Below are positions 56,163-64,000 of a stretch of DNA of 64,000 bases, piece after piece. The DNA is from a phage, in the NCBI GenBank assembly GCA_014435945.1, contig GCA_014435945.1_4088.1. One strand, written 5' to 3'. The notes beneath the pieces were generated by a model. That model ran no database searches, had not been told where the DNA came from, and saw only the letters and a program-made list of their open reading frames with translations. The translations under genes were made by a program, and so were the position numbers. Positions within the stretch are counted from its first letter, which is position 1, and every line of letters begins with the position of its first letter.

Positions 56163-57361
56163 TGGATTTTCCAGAGAAGTTATTTGTTGCTCGTTCGTAT
56201 GTAAATCATAACCAAGTTACTGGTTACATTATAGATGCCACAAAATCGCACACAAAAGCGTTTGAGACTAAAAAAGAAAAGGCCGAGTACTGGGCTAAGA
56301 AAAACAATCTACCTTCACTATGGATTGATAATGTGCCTACAATTGGGTTTTCTGTGGTACATAAGCTCACTGTTCATGCTCGTGAAACATACTTCACCAT
56401 ACGTCACCCTGAAGGTTTCGAGTTCTTGGTGAGTGCTAAAAACATGAACGACCTTATCATCAACAATGATATTGTTAAGGGTGTATTTGTTGAACCTATG
56501 TTCTTCAATAATAGTTTAGAACTAATTAACGGTAAAACTAAAACCTTTGCTAAATTGGTTGAGAAGGAAAATAAGAAAGAACAACAAAAAGAAGTTGTTT
56601 CTAAATTGAAAGTGGGTGATGGTTTTAGACACAATAAAGAAGATTACTATTATTGTGGTAAAGTAAATGCTATTTGTATCAAGAAAACTAAAGAGTTTTC
56701 ATTTTCTGATAAGAGTTCCAAGTATCACTTAGTATATAATACTACTCGTGGGACATATGCTCTTAATGCTCGTCTTGAAACTTATGCATTAGAACCAAGT
56801 GCTGCACTGAATGTGAAAACTACAGTTCAAGATGAAATTGTTAAAGCTAATGCATTTTGGCAAAATATCCAACGAAATCGCCATAACCCATTATGTGAAA
56901 GCAATGTACCAGTACTGATAAGTGATAAGTCGTTTAAAGCACAAGATTTGAAAGTAAAGTACGAAGAAATCAATCCTGATGATATAATGAGTAATGGACG
57001 ATTCAACGAGAACGTACCGTTCATGTGTAAAGTTGATGAACAGGCATATCGTGTTTTCTTTGGTGTAAAGAACAATACAACCAGAAGTTATTATGGTCGT
57101 AATGGTGATTATATTCTTCAATACACTGATGTATTTGAACGATACAGTGCGTATCCAGTTGAAATTGATGCTAATGGCATTATGACAATGGATGTGGATT
57201 TAAACGAACATGTATCATTTGGTACATGGAATGGATACCGTTCTCCTTTCTTCCCACCAACAGAAAATAAAACATCATCAACTCGTTACTACCAAGAAAA
57301 ACCTTGTCACGTCCAGCTATCACTAAGTAATACACTTTACATTGGAAAGTATTATCTATAA
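56162..57361 (+). CDS. hypothetical protein (about 400 aa)
   Basis: long ORF; ATG overlaps upstream TGA (ORF-track start 56159 is TTG). Confidence 0.65.
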   Translation: MDFPEKLFVARSYVNHNQVTGYIIDATKSHTKAFETKKEKAEYWAKKNNLPSLWIDNVPTIGFSVVHKLTVHARETYFTIRHPEGFEFLVSAKNMNDLIINNDIVKGVFVEPMFFNNSLELINGKTKTFAKLVEKENKKEQQKEVVSKLKVGDGFRHNKEDYYYCGKVNAICIKKTKEFSFSDKSSKYHLVYNTTRGTYALNARLETYALEPSAALNVKTTVQDEIVKANAFWQNIQRNRHNPLCESNVPVLISDKSFKAQDLKVKYEEINPDDIMSNGRFNENVPFMCKVDEQAYRVFFGVKNNTTRSYYGRNGDYILQYTDVFERYSAYPVEIDANGIMTMDVDLNEHVSFGTWNGYRSPFFPPTENKTSSTRYYQEKPCHVQLSLSNTLYIGKYYL

Positions 57362-57372
57362 GGGAATATATA

Positions 57373-58791
57373 ATGAGCATTTTAGCAATTCTTGAAAGCA
57401 TTAAAAATACTAGCAGTACTCTGGGTAAAAAAGCTATCCTTGAACAAAACAAAGATAACCAAACATTACAAAAAGTACTGAAATATACACTAGACCCTTC
57501 AATTGTAAGTGGGTATAAAAAGCTACCACAAGCTGATGATGTATATCAACATATGACATTAGACGAAGCTATTGATAAGCTAGAATGCATTTACAAACGT
57601 GGTGTGACCGGAAATGCTGGACGTGACTTCATTGCTTCAGTACTGGGTTCAGTATCAGAAGATGACCAAGAAGTTCTTCGTAAAATGCTCACGAAGAACC
57701 TTGATTGTGGTATCCAAGAAAAGAACTGCAATGATGTGTTCGGGAAAGGTTTCATCAAAGACGAACCATACATGCGTTGTTCGTTGATTGACAAAAAGAC
57801 TGCAAAGAACATTAACTTCAAAGATTATGGTTATGCTATATCAGAAGTGAAAATGGATGGTCAGTACTTGAACCACGTTGTCATTAATGGTTCATTAACT
57901 TCTACATCCCGTAATGGTAAACTATACGACTTCCTGGGTTGTCGTGATGGTGAGATGGCAGGTCTTGCTCACATCATCCAAAGTAAAGATGAACGTTTTA
58001 GTAGTGGTGTAGTCTTTATGGGTGAAGGTGTAGTACTGGACAATGATGGAGAAACCATTCTCCCACGCACTACTGGTAACGGTATTATCCAGAAAGCTGG
58101 TAAAGATAGCATCAGTCAGAATGAAGCAATGCGTACTGTATTCGTTCTATGGGATGTTGTTCCATATGATGCATTTTGTGAAGGTGTATGGGATGTAAAA
58201 CGTAAAGAACGCCGTGAGATCTTAGTAGATGCAATTAACGAACTCGGTAGTGATTTTGTTCGTATGGTTGGATTCCGTAAAGTTCTAAACATCAAAGAAG
58301 CATTTGAGTACAATAGTGAACTAATGAACGAAGGTGAAGAGGGTTCAGTACTGAAATGTGAAGATGGTATCTGGAAATCTCACACTTCTCCTAAGCAGTT
58401 GAAAATGAAACTTAAAATGCAATTGGACTTGCGTATTGTTGGTTTCAATGAAGGTGAAGGTAAGCGTAAAGGTAGCCTTGGTTCTTTACAACTGGAAAGT
58501 GCTTGTGGTACATTGAAAGTTAATGTAGGTACTGGAATTAAAGAGAAAGACGCAGAATGGACGTTTAAAACCATTTGGGAAAGAATGCAAGAACTCATTG
58601 GTCAAGTAGTGACAGTAGAGTGCAATGATATTGTATTCGATAAGCGTACTGGTGAGCCATCACTATTTTTACCAGTGTTTATTGAATTTAGATTTGACAA
58701 AAACACCTGTGACGACTATACTCGTATCTTAGAAATTCGTGATAGTGCTGTTGAGGTGTTCTCTAATAGTATTCTTGAATCACTCGGTTAA
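57373..58791 (+). CDS. ATP-dependent DNA ligase (T4 gp30-like)
   Basis: N-terminus MSILAILESIKNTSSTLGKKAILEQNKDNQ parallels T4 DNA ligase; adenylation motif KMDGQ; 472 aa. Confidence 0.85.
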   Translation: MSILAILESIKNTSSTLGKKAILEQNKDNQTLQKVLKYTLDPSIVSGYKKLPQADDVYQHMTLDEAIDKLECIYKRGVTGNAGRDFIASVLGSVSEDDQEVLRKMLTKNLDCGIQEKNCNDVFGKGFIKDEPYMRCSLIDKKTAKNINFKDYGYAISEVKMDGQYLNHVVINGSLTSTSRNGKLYDFLGCRDGEMAGLAHIIQSKDERFSSGVVFMGEGVVLDNDGETILPRTTGNGIIQKAGKDSISQNEAMRTVFVLWDVVPYDAFCEGVWDVKRKERREILVDAINELGSDFVRMVGFRKVLNIKEAFEYNSELMNEGEEGSVLKCEDGIWKSHTSPKQLKMKLKMQLDLRIVGFNEGEGKRKGSLGSLQLESACGTLKVNVGTGIKEKDAEWTFKTIWERMQELIGQVVTVECNDIVFDKRTGEPSLFLPVFIEFRFDKNTCDDYTRILEIRDSAVEVFSNSILESLG

Positions 58792-58810
58792 TCATTTATA
58801 GGAGGTAATT

Positions 58811-59602
58811 ATGAAATTTGTTGTAACGTCAGACGTACACGGTGGCACTGATTACCTCCATAGTGGTGATTACAGTGATACAGTACTGATTATTGCAGGG
58901 GACTTTGATGAAGCTAAACGCAGTCGTTATCGTACTGGTATCGAATCCCTGTGCAAGCAGTTCAAGAATGTAGTACTGGTTCCTGGTAATCATGAGTACT
59001 ACGGTTCAAACATTCACAAGACTAATAAAGTACTGTCCGATATGCAAGATGAGATTCCAAATTTCATCTTTTTGCAAAACAAATTTGTATGGCTGGATGG
59101 TGTACTGCTGGTTGGTAGTACACTGTGGACTGACTTTGATAAAGGCAATGCACTGGTTAAGTTTGATGCTCATCAAAAGATGAATGATTATAAACACATT
59201 CGTCATGGAACAACATCAGAACCGTGGAAACGTAAGCTCAAACCTGATGATGTTGAGTTCATGCATTATCAGGATAAACAATTTATCAAAAATTCAGTTG
59301 ACACAGTTCGTCTAATGAATGATAATGATTTCAAGGTTGTGGTGGTAACACATCATGCACCAAGTTATCAGAGTGTATCTCCGAGATACAAGAATGACTC
59401 ACTGAATGGATGTTATTGTTCTGATATGGACCAGTACATCGAAGATTTGGGTGCTGATGTTTGGATTCATGGTCACGTTCATAGTAGCTTTGACTACAAT
59501 ATTGGGAAAACTCGTATCATTTGTAACCCAAGAGGTTATGAATCTTACAGTGGTGCATGTGAGAACTTCGATTACGATCCTAAATTTGTATTTGAAATCT
59601 AA
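58811..59602 (+). CDS. calcineurin-like metallophosphoesterase
   Basis: motifs SDVHGG, GDFDE, GNHEYY, VTHHAP, GHVHSS; AGGAGG RBS. Confidence 0.75.
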   Translation: MKFVVTSDVHGGTDYLHSGDYSDTVLIIAGDFDEAKRSRYRTGIESLCKQFKNVVLVPGNHEYYGSNIHKTNKVLSDMQDEIPNFIFLQNKFVWLDGVLLVGSTLWTDFDKGNALVKFDAHQKMNDYKHIRHGTTSEPWKRKLKPDDVEFMHYQDKQFIKNSVDTVRLMNDNDFKVVVVTHHAPSYQSVSPRYKNDSLNGCYCSDMDQYIEDLGADVWIHGHVHSSFDYNIGKTRIICNPRGYESYSGACENFDYDPKFVFEI

Positions 59603-59611
59603 GGTAATGTT

Positions 59612-60007
59612 ATGATACATACACTTCACATTGATGATAAAATGCTTGTTATATTGGGTAGTTGTCATATGTTTCGACAATTGGGTATGCGTATGCTATA
59701 CTCTTGTGACAAAACCCAATACTACAATCCTGATGGTACTGGTACTGTGATGAAAGATAGGCATCACTTCACCAGTGATGTAAAACAAGCAGACGATTTA
59801 GATTCATTTGTGGGAAAGGTGTATGTTCTAATTAATGATGATAGACGTGGTGGTGTGTTACCATTCAGTACTTTATCAATTAATATGTTCTTTAGATACG
59901 AACAATTTTCAAATTCACTAAGAATGATTGAGATTGATTTTGATGACATCCCAGTTGGTATACGATATGAATTTCTTCATGCTCTTGCGTCAATAGGGGT
60001 GTACTGA
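59612..60007 (+). CDS. hypothetical protein (131 aa)
   Basis: ORF with AAGG RBS. Confidence 0.55.
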   Translation: MIHTLHIDDKMLVILGSCHMFRQLGMRMLYSCDKTQYYNPDGTGTVMKDRHHFTSDVKQADDLDSFVGKVYVLINDDRRGGVLPFSTLSINMFFRYEQFSNSLRMIEIDFDDIPVGIRYEFLHALASIGVY

Positions 60008-60390
60008 TGGAAAATGTTGTTGTATATATAATTGAGTACAATGATGAAATCAAGTACGTGATTAATGGTTATAAACATTACTCCAGTGCAGCCAGAAAGC
60101 TGGAAATATATTCAAAAGAAGCAAGAAACTACTGCTTAGATGATGATTCAGTTGAGGTTTGGATTGATGGAAATGCAGAGTACTTTGATGCTGACTTCTA
60201 TGAAGATCTTGACAAATCAAATGACTTATACATTTATGTAGAAAATGAACGTTATTACACAAATTCTTTGTTTGACATTACCGACTCTACGGTGTATGAT
60301 AATGCTATGGTTAAGTTGTTAAAGATTGACCACGATATGTTTAATAAACATACAATTTGCGGTTTACTAGATTTTTTAAGAAACTTGTAG
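60007..60390 (+). CDS. hypothetical protein (127 aa)
   Basis: ATG overlaps upstream TGA. Confidence 0.55.
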   Translation: MENVVVYIIEYNDEIKYVINGYKHYSSAARKLEIYSKEARNYCLDDDSVEVWIDGNAEYFDADFYEDLDKSNDLYIYVENERYYTNSLFDITDSTVYDNAMVKLLKIDHDMFNKHTICGLLDFLRNL

Positions 60391-60415
60391 ACAAATACGA
60401 ACACTGTGATATAAT
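60385..60415 (+). promoter_or_regulatory. sigma70-like promoter (TAGACA type)
   Basis: TAGACA 60388-60393, 16-nt spacer, TG-extended TATAAT 60410-60415. Confidence 0.5.
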
Positions 60416-60449
60416 ACTCACATCAATGAAACAATAGAGGAAAATAACA

Positions 60450-61145
60450 ATGGTTGAACAATTCAATTTTGGTGGTTATGCTGGTGGTGAAGTTCGCAAC
60501 ATTTCTATTCCTTATGTAGTTGAAAAAGTTAATGGTGCAGAACGTACTTATGACCTAGCATCTCGTATGATGCAAGACCGTATCATTTTCCTTGATACTG
60601 ACTTCAATGACCAAATGGCACATATCATCAAGCAACAATTGGTGTGGTTGGATTCTCAGGGTTCGGAACCAATTACCTTCTACATTAGTTCTCCTGGTGG
60701 TTCAGTACACGCAGGTTTGGGTATCGCTGACATTGCTAAGTCTTGTGTATCTCCTATCCGTACAGTAGTAATGGGTTATGCAGCATCAATGGGTTGTTAT
60801 ACTCAATCAGTAGTTGGTACTAAAGGTTTCCGTCTAGGCGGGAAGCGTTCTTACTTCATGTGTCACCAAGTAAGTTCTGGTACTCAGGGTTTGATTACTG
60901 ACCAGAAGATTTCTTTGAAACACTCTGACGCATTGAACACACTACTAACTAAAGAAATTGCTGAAGCAGTTGGTGTATCACACGAACAACTACTGAAAGA
61001 TGCGGACCGTGACCTGTGGTTGAACGCTGAAGAAGCACTCGAATACGGCGAACATGGTTTCATTGATGGTATCATCCTTGGACCACGCAACGAAGAAGGT
61101 AAGTATCTCGTCAAACGTCGCGGCGGCGTGGAAGAGTGGGTCTAA
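60450..61145 (+). CDS. ClpP-family serine protease homolog
   Basis: YISSPGGSV, GYAASMGCY (Ser) and MCHQVSSG (His) match the ClpP core; GAGGAAAA RBS. Confidence 0.8.
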   Translation: MVEQFNFGGYAGGEVRNISIPYVVEKVNGAERTYDLASRMMQDRIIFLDTDFNDQMAHIIKQQLVWLDSQGSEPITFYISSPGGSVHAGLGIADIAKSCVSPIRTVVMGYAASMGCYTQSVVGTKGFRLGGKRSYFMCHQVSSGTQGLITDQKISLKHSDALNTLLTKEIAEAVGVSHEQLLKDADRDLWLNAEEALEYGEHGFIDGIILGPRNEEGKYLVKRRGGVEEWV

Positions 61146-61196
61146 TTTGAATTTCATTTGATGCCTCATTTGGGGCATCTTATTTCTGGAGATTAT

Positions 61197-61487
61197 ATGA
61201 AAGTTCTTGTACGTAATAATACTGAAGTCAATGATGTGTTGGATGATTCAGAGTTTATTAATGTCGCATTAGATCAGATTAGTGCAGTAGCTCTTGAATT
61301 GAAAGGTGTTGACGAGGCAGAACGAGTACTCAATGGTTTTTCTATTGTTCTCGAACTAATGCAAGAAGTTCTTATTAAAAAGAACATTAATCCAATTAAC
61401 GCAGTTCAACACGCAGAAGCTATGCGTCAAGAACATGGCACATTCTCAGATAAAAAATTCATCAGTACTGACGAGGGGAAAGAATAA
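61197..61487 (+). CDS. hypothetical protein
   Basis: ORF-track ORF 61158 trimmed to ATG with GGAG RBS. Confidence 0.55.
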   Translation: MKVLVRNNTEVNDVLDDSEFINVALDQISAVALELKGVDEAERVLNGFSIVLELMQEVLIKKNINPINAVQHAEAMRQEHGTFSDKKFISTDEGKE

Positions 61488-61488
61488 T

Positions 61489-61935
61489 ATGTCTAATGCA
61501 CAATACAAAGAAGGTTCTGCCGCGTTTAAAAACAAAGTAGTTTTTAACAATGAACAGCTAAAATCACAGCACCCACTATTCCGTCAAGGTTATCGTGCTG
61601 CACAAGCTGAAGCTATGAAGAAAAACAACGTAACATTCCCAACAACTCTGTATGATATTCCTAAACGTCCATCAGTGTTTAAAGCAGAATGGACTGACAT
61701 TATGGCAGCAACTAAACGTCCTCGTTTTGCTAAACTTCACACTGATGAAGGTCGCTGGATGTTGATGGGTATTATGAAAGCAGTTGAGAAACAGGCACAT
61801 ACCATCGTTCGTTACAAAGACGTTGTAGCTATGGTTGATAAAGCATTTGATCTTATTCTCCAGTACGGTTATGATGAAGGTGTACTAACTGTATCTGATT
61901 GTGAGCAGTACCAGTACACTCCATTCCAGAAATAA
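61489..61935 (+). CDS. hypothetical protein
   Basis: ORF-track ORF 61435 trimmed to ATG after upstream TAA. Confidence 0.55.
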   Translation: MSNAQYKEGSAAFKNKVVFNNEQLKSQHPLFRQGYRAAQAEAMKKNNVTFPTTLYDIPKRPSVFKAEWTDIMAATKRPRFAKLHTDEGRWMLMGIMKAVEKQAHTIVRYKDVVAMVDKAFDLILQYGYDEGVLTVSDCEQYQYTPFQK

Positions 61936-61942
61936 TTACTTA

Positions 61943-61970
61943 GGGAATCTTTCATGATTCCCATTTTATT
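61943..61970 (+). terminator. rho-independent terminator
   Basis: GGGAATC-TTTCAT-GATTCCC then ATTTTATTT. Confidence 0.6.
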
Positions 61971-62048
61971 TGCTGTATATCAAAAATTATTGATCAAAAA
62001 TTGATCCATACAAGGTAAATACCCAAGGTGTAATTGTTAATAGGGTAG

Positions 62049-62576
62049 GTGGATATGCAGCAATATAAATTATCTGAAGATCAAAGTGATTTATTTTTCA
62101 ATCACATGTTTTTAATTGATGAATTTGCCGAAAGTTTAAATTCAGAGGCAATAGCTATAGTTAAAAAGTGGTATTCTTGCTATAACAAGAACAAAAAATG
62201 GTATTGGTTGAATAGAAATTTAAAATCATTTCTAGGAACAATAACCAGTACTGATAGTATTGAACTAATACATAGTTCCATTGGCTACAGTTACTTAACC
62301 AAGCATAATAATAATACGTCAATAGAGTCTGGCTTCAAAATCAAGCGTCTAATGAAATTGACGGGATTGAGTGCAGAAACTATACAAAACGATACAGAAA
62401 AGTTATGGAAGATTATAGAATTCATGAATAAAAATATGTCATTTATATATAGAAACTACGATATATTCACTGACGTAAGACAATTTTATAATAGTCCATA
62501 TTCACTTGATGAGAAATATTTCAGTCACATGGAATTATGCTCAACTGTGGTTGATGAATGGAATTTAGAGGATTAA
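62049..62576 (+). CDS. hypothetical protein (175 aa)
   Basis: ORF after terminator, GGTGG RBS. Confidence 0.6.
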   Translation: MDMQQYKLSEDQSDLFFNHMFLIDEFAESLNSEAIAIVKKWYSCYNKNKKWYWLNRNLKSFLGTITSTDSIELIHSSIGYSYLTKHNNNTSIESGFKIKRLMKLTGLSAETIQNDTEKLWKIIEFMNKNMSFIYRNYDIFTDVRQFYNSPYSLDEKYFSHMELCSTVVDEWNLED

Positions 62577-62577
62577 C

Positions 62578-63105
62578 ATGAAATACACTGCTCTTAGCCC
62601 AACTGATACTAAAGTATGGTTGAGCAATTTGAACAAAACTATCATTTTGACAAAAAAAGTGATATCAACAGCTAATTCATTAGATGTAAATATCAAGAAG
62701 AATGTTCTTAAATATCATCACCGAAGTAAACTTAGTACTTGGTACTCCAATATTTTTTACGGCTTATATGGGATAGATGATATTATAATTGGTACATCAT
62801 CTGGGTCATGTTTCAGTACTGGCGGGATGTGCTTTATGGATTTGGGTTTTTCATTATCAGATGAAGAAATCGAGTTTAAACAATTCCGTGACAAGTTACT
62901 GGGTTCGGGTGATATCAAGTTCTGTACAGAATTAATGGGAGCATGGGACGTTTATGCAGCGAAACCATTTGACATTGAAGAATCAGATGTGCTAAACTAC
63001 CTTCGTATTCTTAAAATACATTCGAACTGTAAAGCCAAATTACAATCCCTAGGAGTATATGATGAAACACTTGACGTGGTTGAAGATAGCCGAAGTCGTG
63101 GCTGA
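62578..63105 (+). CDS. hypothetical protein (175 aa)
   Basis: ATG 2 nt after upstream stop; 3' end overlaps the deaminase start by about 45 nt. Confidence 0.55.
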   Translation: MKYTALSPTDTKVWLSNLNKTIILTKKVISTANSLDVNIKKNVLKYHHRSKLSTWYSNIFYGLYGIDDIIIGTSSGSCFSTGGMCFMDLGFSLSDEEIEFKQFRDKLLGSGDIKFCTELMGAWDVYAAKPFDIEESDVLNYLRILKIHSNCKAKLQSLGVYDETLDVVEDSRSRG

Positions 63106-63541
63106 AGAGAGTAAATGCATTTCACAGAAAGTTGGTTGTGTTATTGTTAAAAATAACCGAGTATTGAGTACTGGTTATAATGGCACTCCATCTAAACAAC
63201 CTAACTGCTGTGACGCTAATGAGCACTTAGTTAATGGTGGACGTTTCCAAGACTGGGTTAGCGATGACGCAAAGCATGAACACCATGAATGGAGTAATAT
63301 CCATGAAATCCATGCTGAAATGAATGCATTGTTATACAGTTCACCTACCGAACGTCAGGGAGCAACACTTTACACAACGCTGCAACCATGCTATACTTGT
63401 TCTAAGTTGATCGCGGGAAGTGGTATTGCTCGCGTGATTTATCACAAAAGTTATCCTCGCACTCCACCAGAAGCTATTAAAGTACTGGAAGATGCTGGGA
63501 TTATTGTAAATTGCATTTATGATAAGGGGTTGGGACTTTGA
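63059..63541 (+). CDS. cd: dCMP deaminase (T4 Cd-like)
   Basis: zinc-binding HAE (HEIHAEMNAL) and PCxxC (PCYTCSKL) motifs; N-terminus LKIAEVVAEESKC parallels T4 Cd. Confidence 0.85.
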   Translation: MMKHLTWLKIAEVVAEESKCISQKVGCVIVKNNRVLSTGYNGTPSKQPNCCDANEHLVNGGRFQDWVSDDAKHEHHEWSNIHEIHAEMNALLYSSPTERQGATLYTTLQPCYTCSKLIAGSGIARVIYHKSYPRTPPEAIKVLEDAGIIVNCIYDKGLGL

Positions 63542-63798
63542 CTTTCTTGATTTTAGGTATCCCATTTGCAGTTGTGATTCTTGTACTTTTAGTGATGATG
63601 GTATTAAATGATAATACTACTCCACCAGTGATGCGTAATCATGAAGTACGATTTTCAGCACAAAACAACAAGTACTACATAGTAAATTGTTTAACTTGTA
63701 AAGAGTATAAAGTAACTGGTAAATTTGGTTTTACCATTTATTATAAAGACCGTGTTGAAGCTGACATGATTTGTCAGAAACTTAATACGGTAGAATAA
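63538..63798 (+). CDS. small membrane protein (N-terminal TM helix)
   Basis: ATGA overlap; N-terminus MTFLILGIPFAVVILVLLVMMVL. Confidence 0.55.
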   Translation: MTFLILGIPFAVVILVLLVMMVLNDNTTPPVMRNHEVRFSAQNNKYYIVNCLTCKEYKVTGKFGFTIYYKDRVEADMICQKLNTVE

Positions 63799-63830
63799 AA
63801 AAAGGAGCCATAAGGCTCCTTTTTCTTTTG
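63799..63830 (+). terminator. rho-independent terminator
   Basis: AAAAAGGAGCC-ATAA-GGCTCCTTTTT then CTTTTG. Confidence 0.75.
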
Positions 63831-63915
63831 TTAGTACACGATAATTTGAATTTCAGGAAAACTCTTAGAACCAACAACGAGTTCAGTACTACCACGTTAT
63901 TTGTTGACAAAAGCA

Positions 63916-63943
63916 TAGACATTATACATTAGTGTGATATAAT
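63916..63943 (+). promoter_or_regulatory. sigma70-like promoter (TAGACA type)
   Basis: TAGACA 63916-63921, 16-nt spacer, TG-extended TATAAT 63938-63943. Confidence 0.5.
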
Positions 63944-64000
63944 CATTCAAAAGAAGGTAAAAAGGCGGGGCGATTCTGCGAGGGAATGTGTGAAGTGATT

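Noticed and set aside
11976-59615. + strand ORFs nested in alternative frames of larger genes (11976..12182, 18433..18648, 18762..19007, 21272..21457, 24667..24936, 25020..25241, 36578..36796, 37086..37283, 42140..42349, 47386..47655, 50362..50565, 50593..50847, 56235..56432, 58992..59183, 59406..59615)
   Set aside because: They are embedded out of frame inside genes with clear family motifs or enzyme homology, with no independent start signals.
152-63565. All minus-strand ORFs in the six-frame track (60-130 aa; examples 152..436, 1487..1711, 15041..15385, 44958..45353, 53238..53567)
   Set aside because: Each lies wholly inside or opposite a + strand gene with better context (RBS, family motifs, enzyme homology). 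None has its own promoter or RBS, and the translations are low-complexity and hydrophobic-rich, typical of antisense frames in AT-rich DNA.
1-64000. CRISPR array, rRNA, integrase, transposase or other mobile-element signatures
   Set aside because: No regularly spaced direct repeats with unique spacers, no rRNA-like conserved blocks, and no ORF with recognisable integrase or transposase motifs were seen. The only repeats are short tandem duplications and hairpins already listed.

Overview
AT-rich (roughly one-third GC by eye), very densely packed bacteriophage-like DNA in which every credible gene is on the + strand, often with ATGA/TAATG stop-start overlaps. The 5' two-thirds is dominated by paralog arrays: about 30 tandem 65-90 aa genes sharing a C-terminal GTNYQE-type motif (1181-7877), then roughly 50 genes of 100-210 aa sharing an acidic-aromatic-FQ-x-S/T motif (7323-39144, plus two at 46678-47942), none with a recognisable function. 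The 3' third holds recognisable T4-like enzymes: a Dam-family N6-adenine methyltransferase with a coupled HxGH nucleotidyltransferase, RNA ligase 1, polynucleotide kinase/phosphatase, ATP-dependent DNA ligase, two metallophosphoesterases, a ClpP-family protease and dCMP deaminase, interspersed with small hypothetical genes and five tandem QFTYK-motif paralogs. Sigma70-like promoters with a TG-extended TATAAT box and hairpin-plus-T-run terminators split the window into operons. Two DNA-level anomalies stand out: the palindrome AGTACT is about tenfold over-represented across genes in all frames, and a ~560-bp GC-richer stretch at 39205-39735 has no coding capacity. No tRNA, rRNA or CRISPR array was found by eye. 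All coordinates, motif calls and counts are manual readings without tools; homology calls rest on remembered family motifs.
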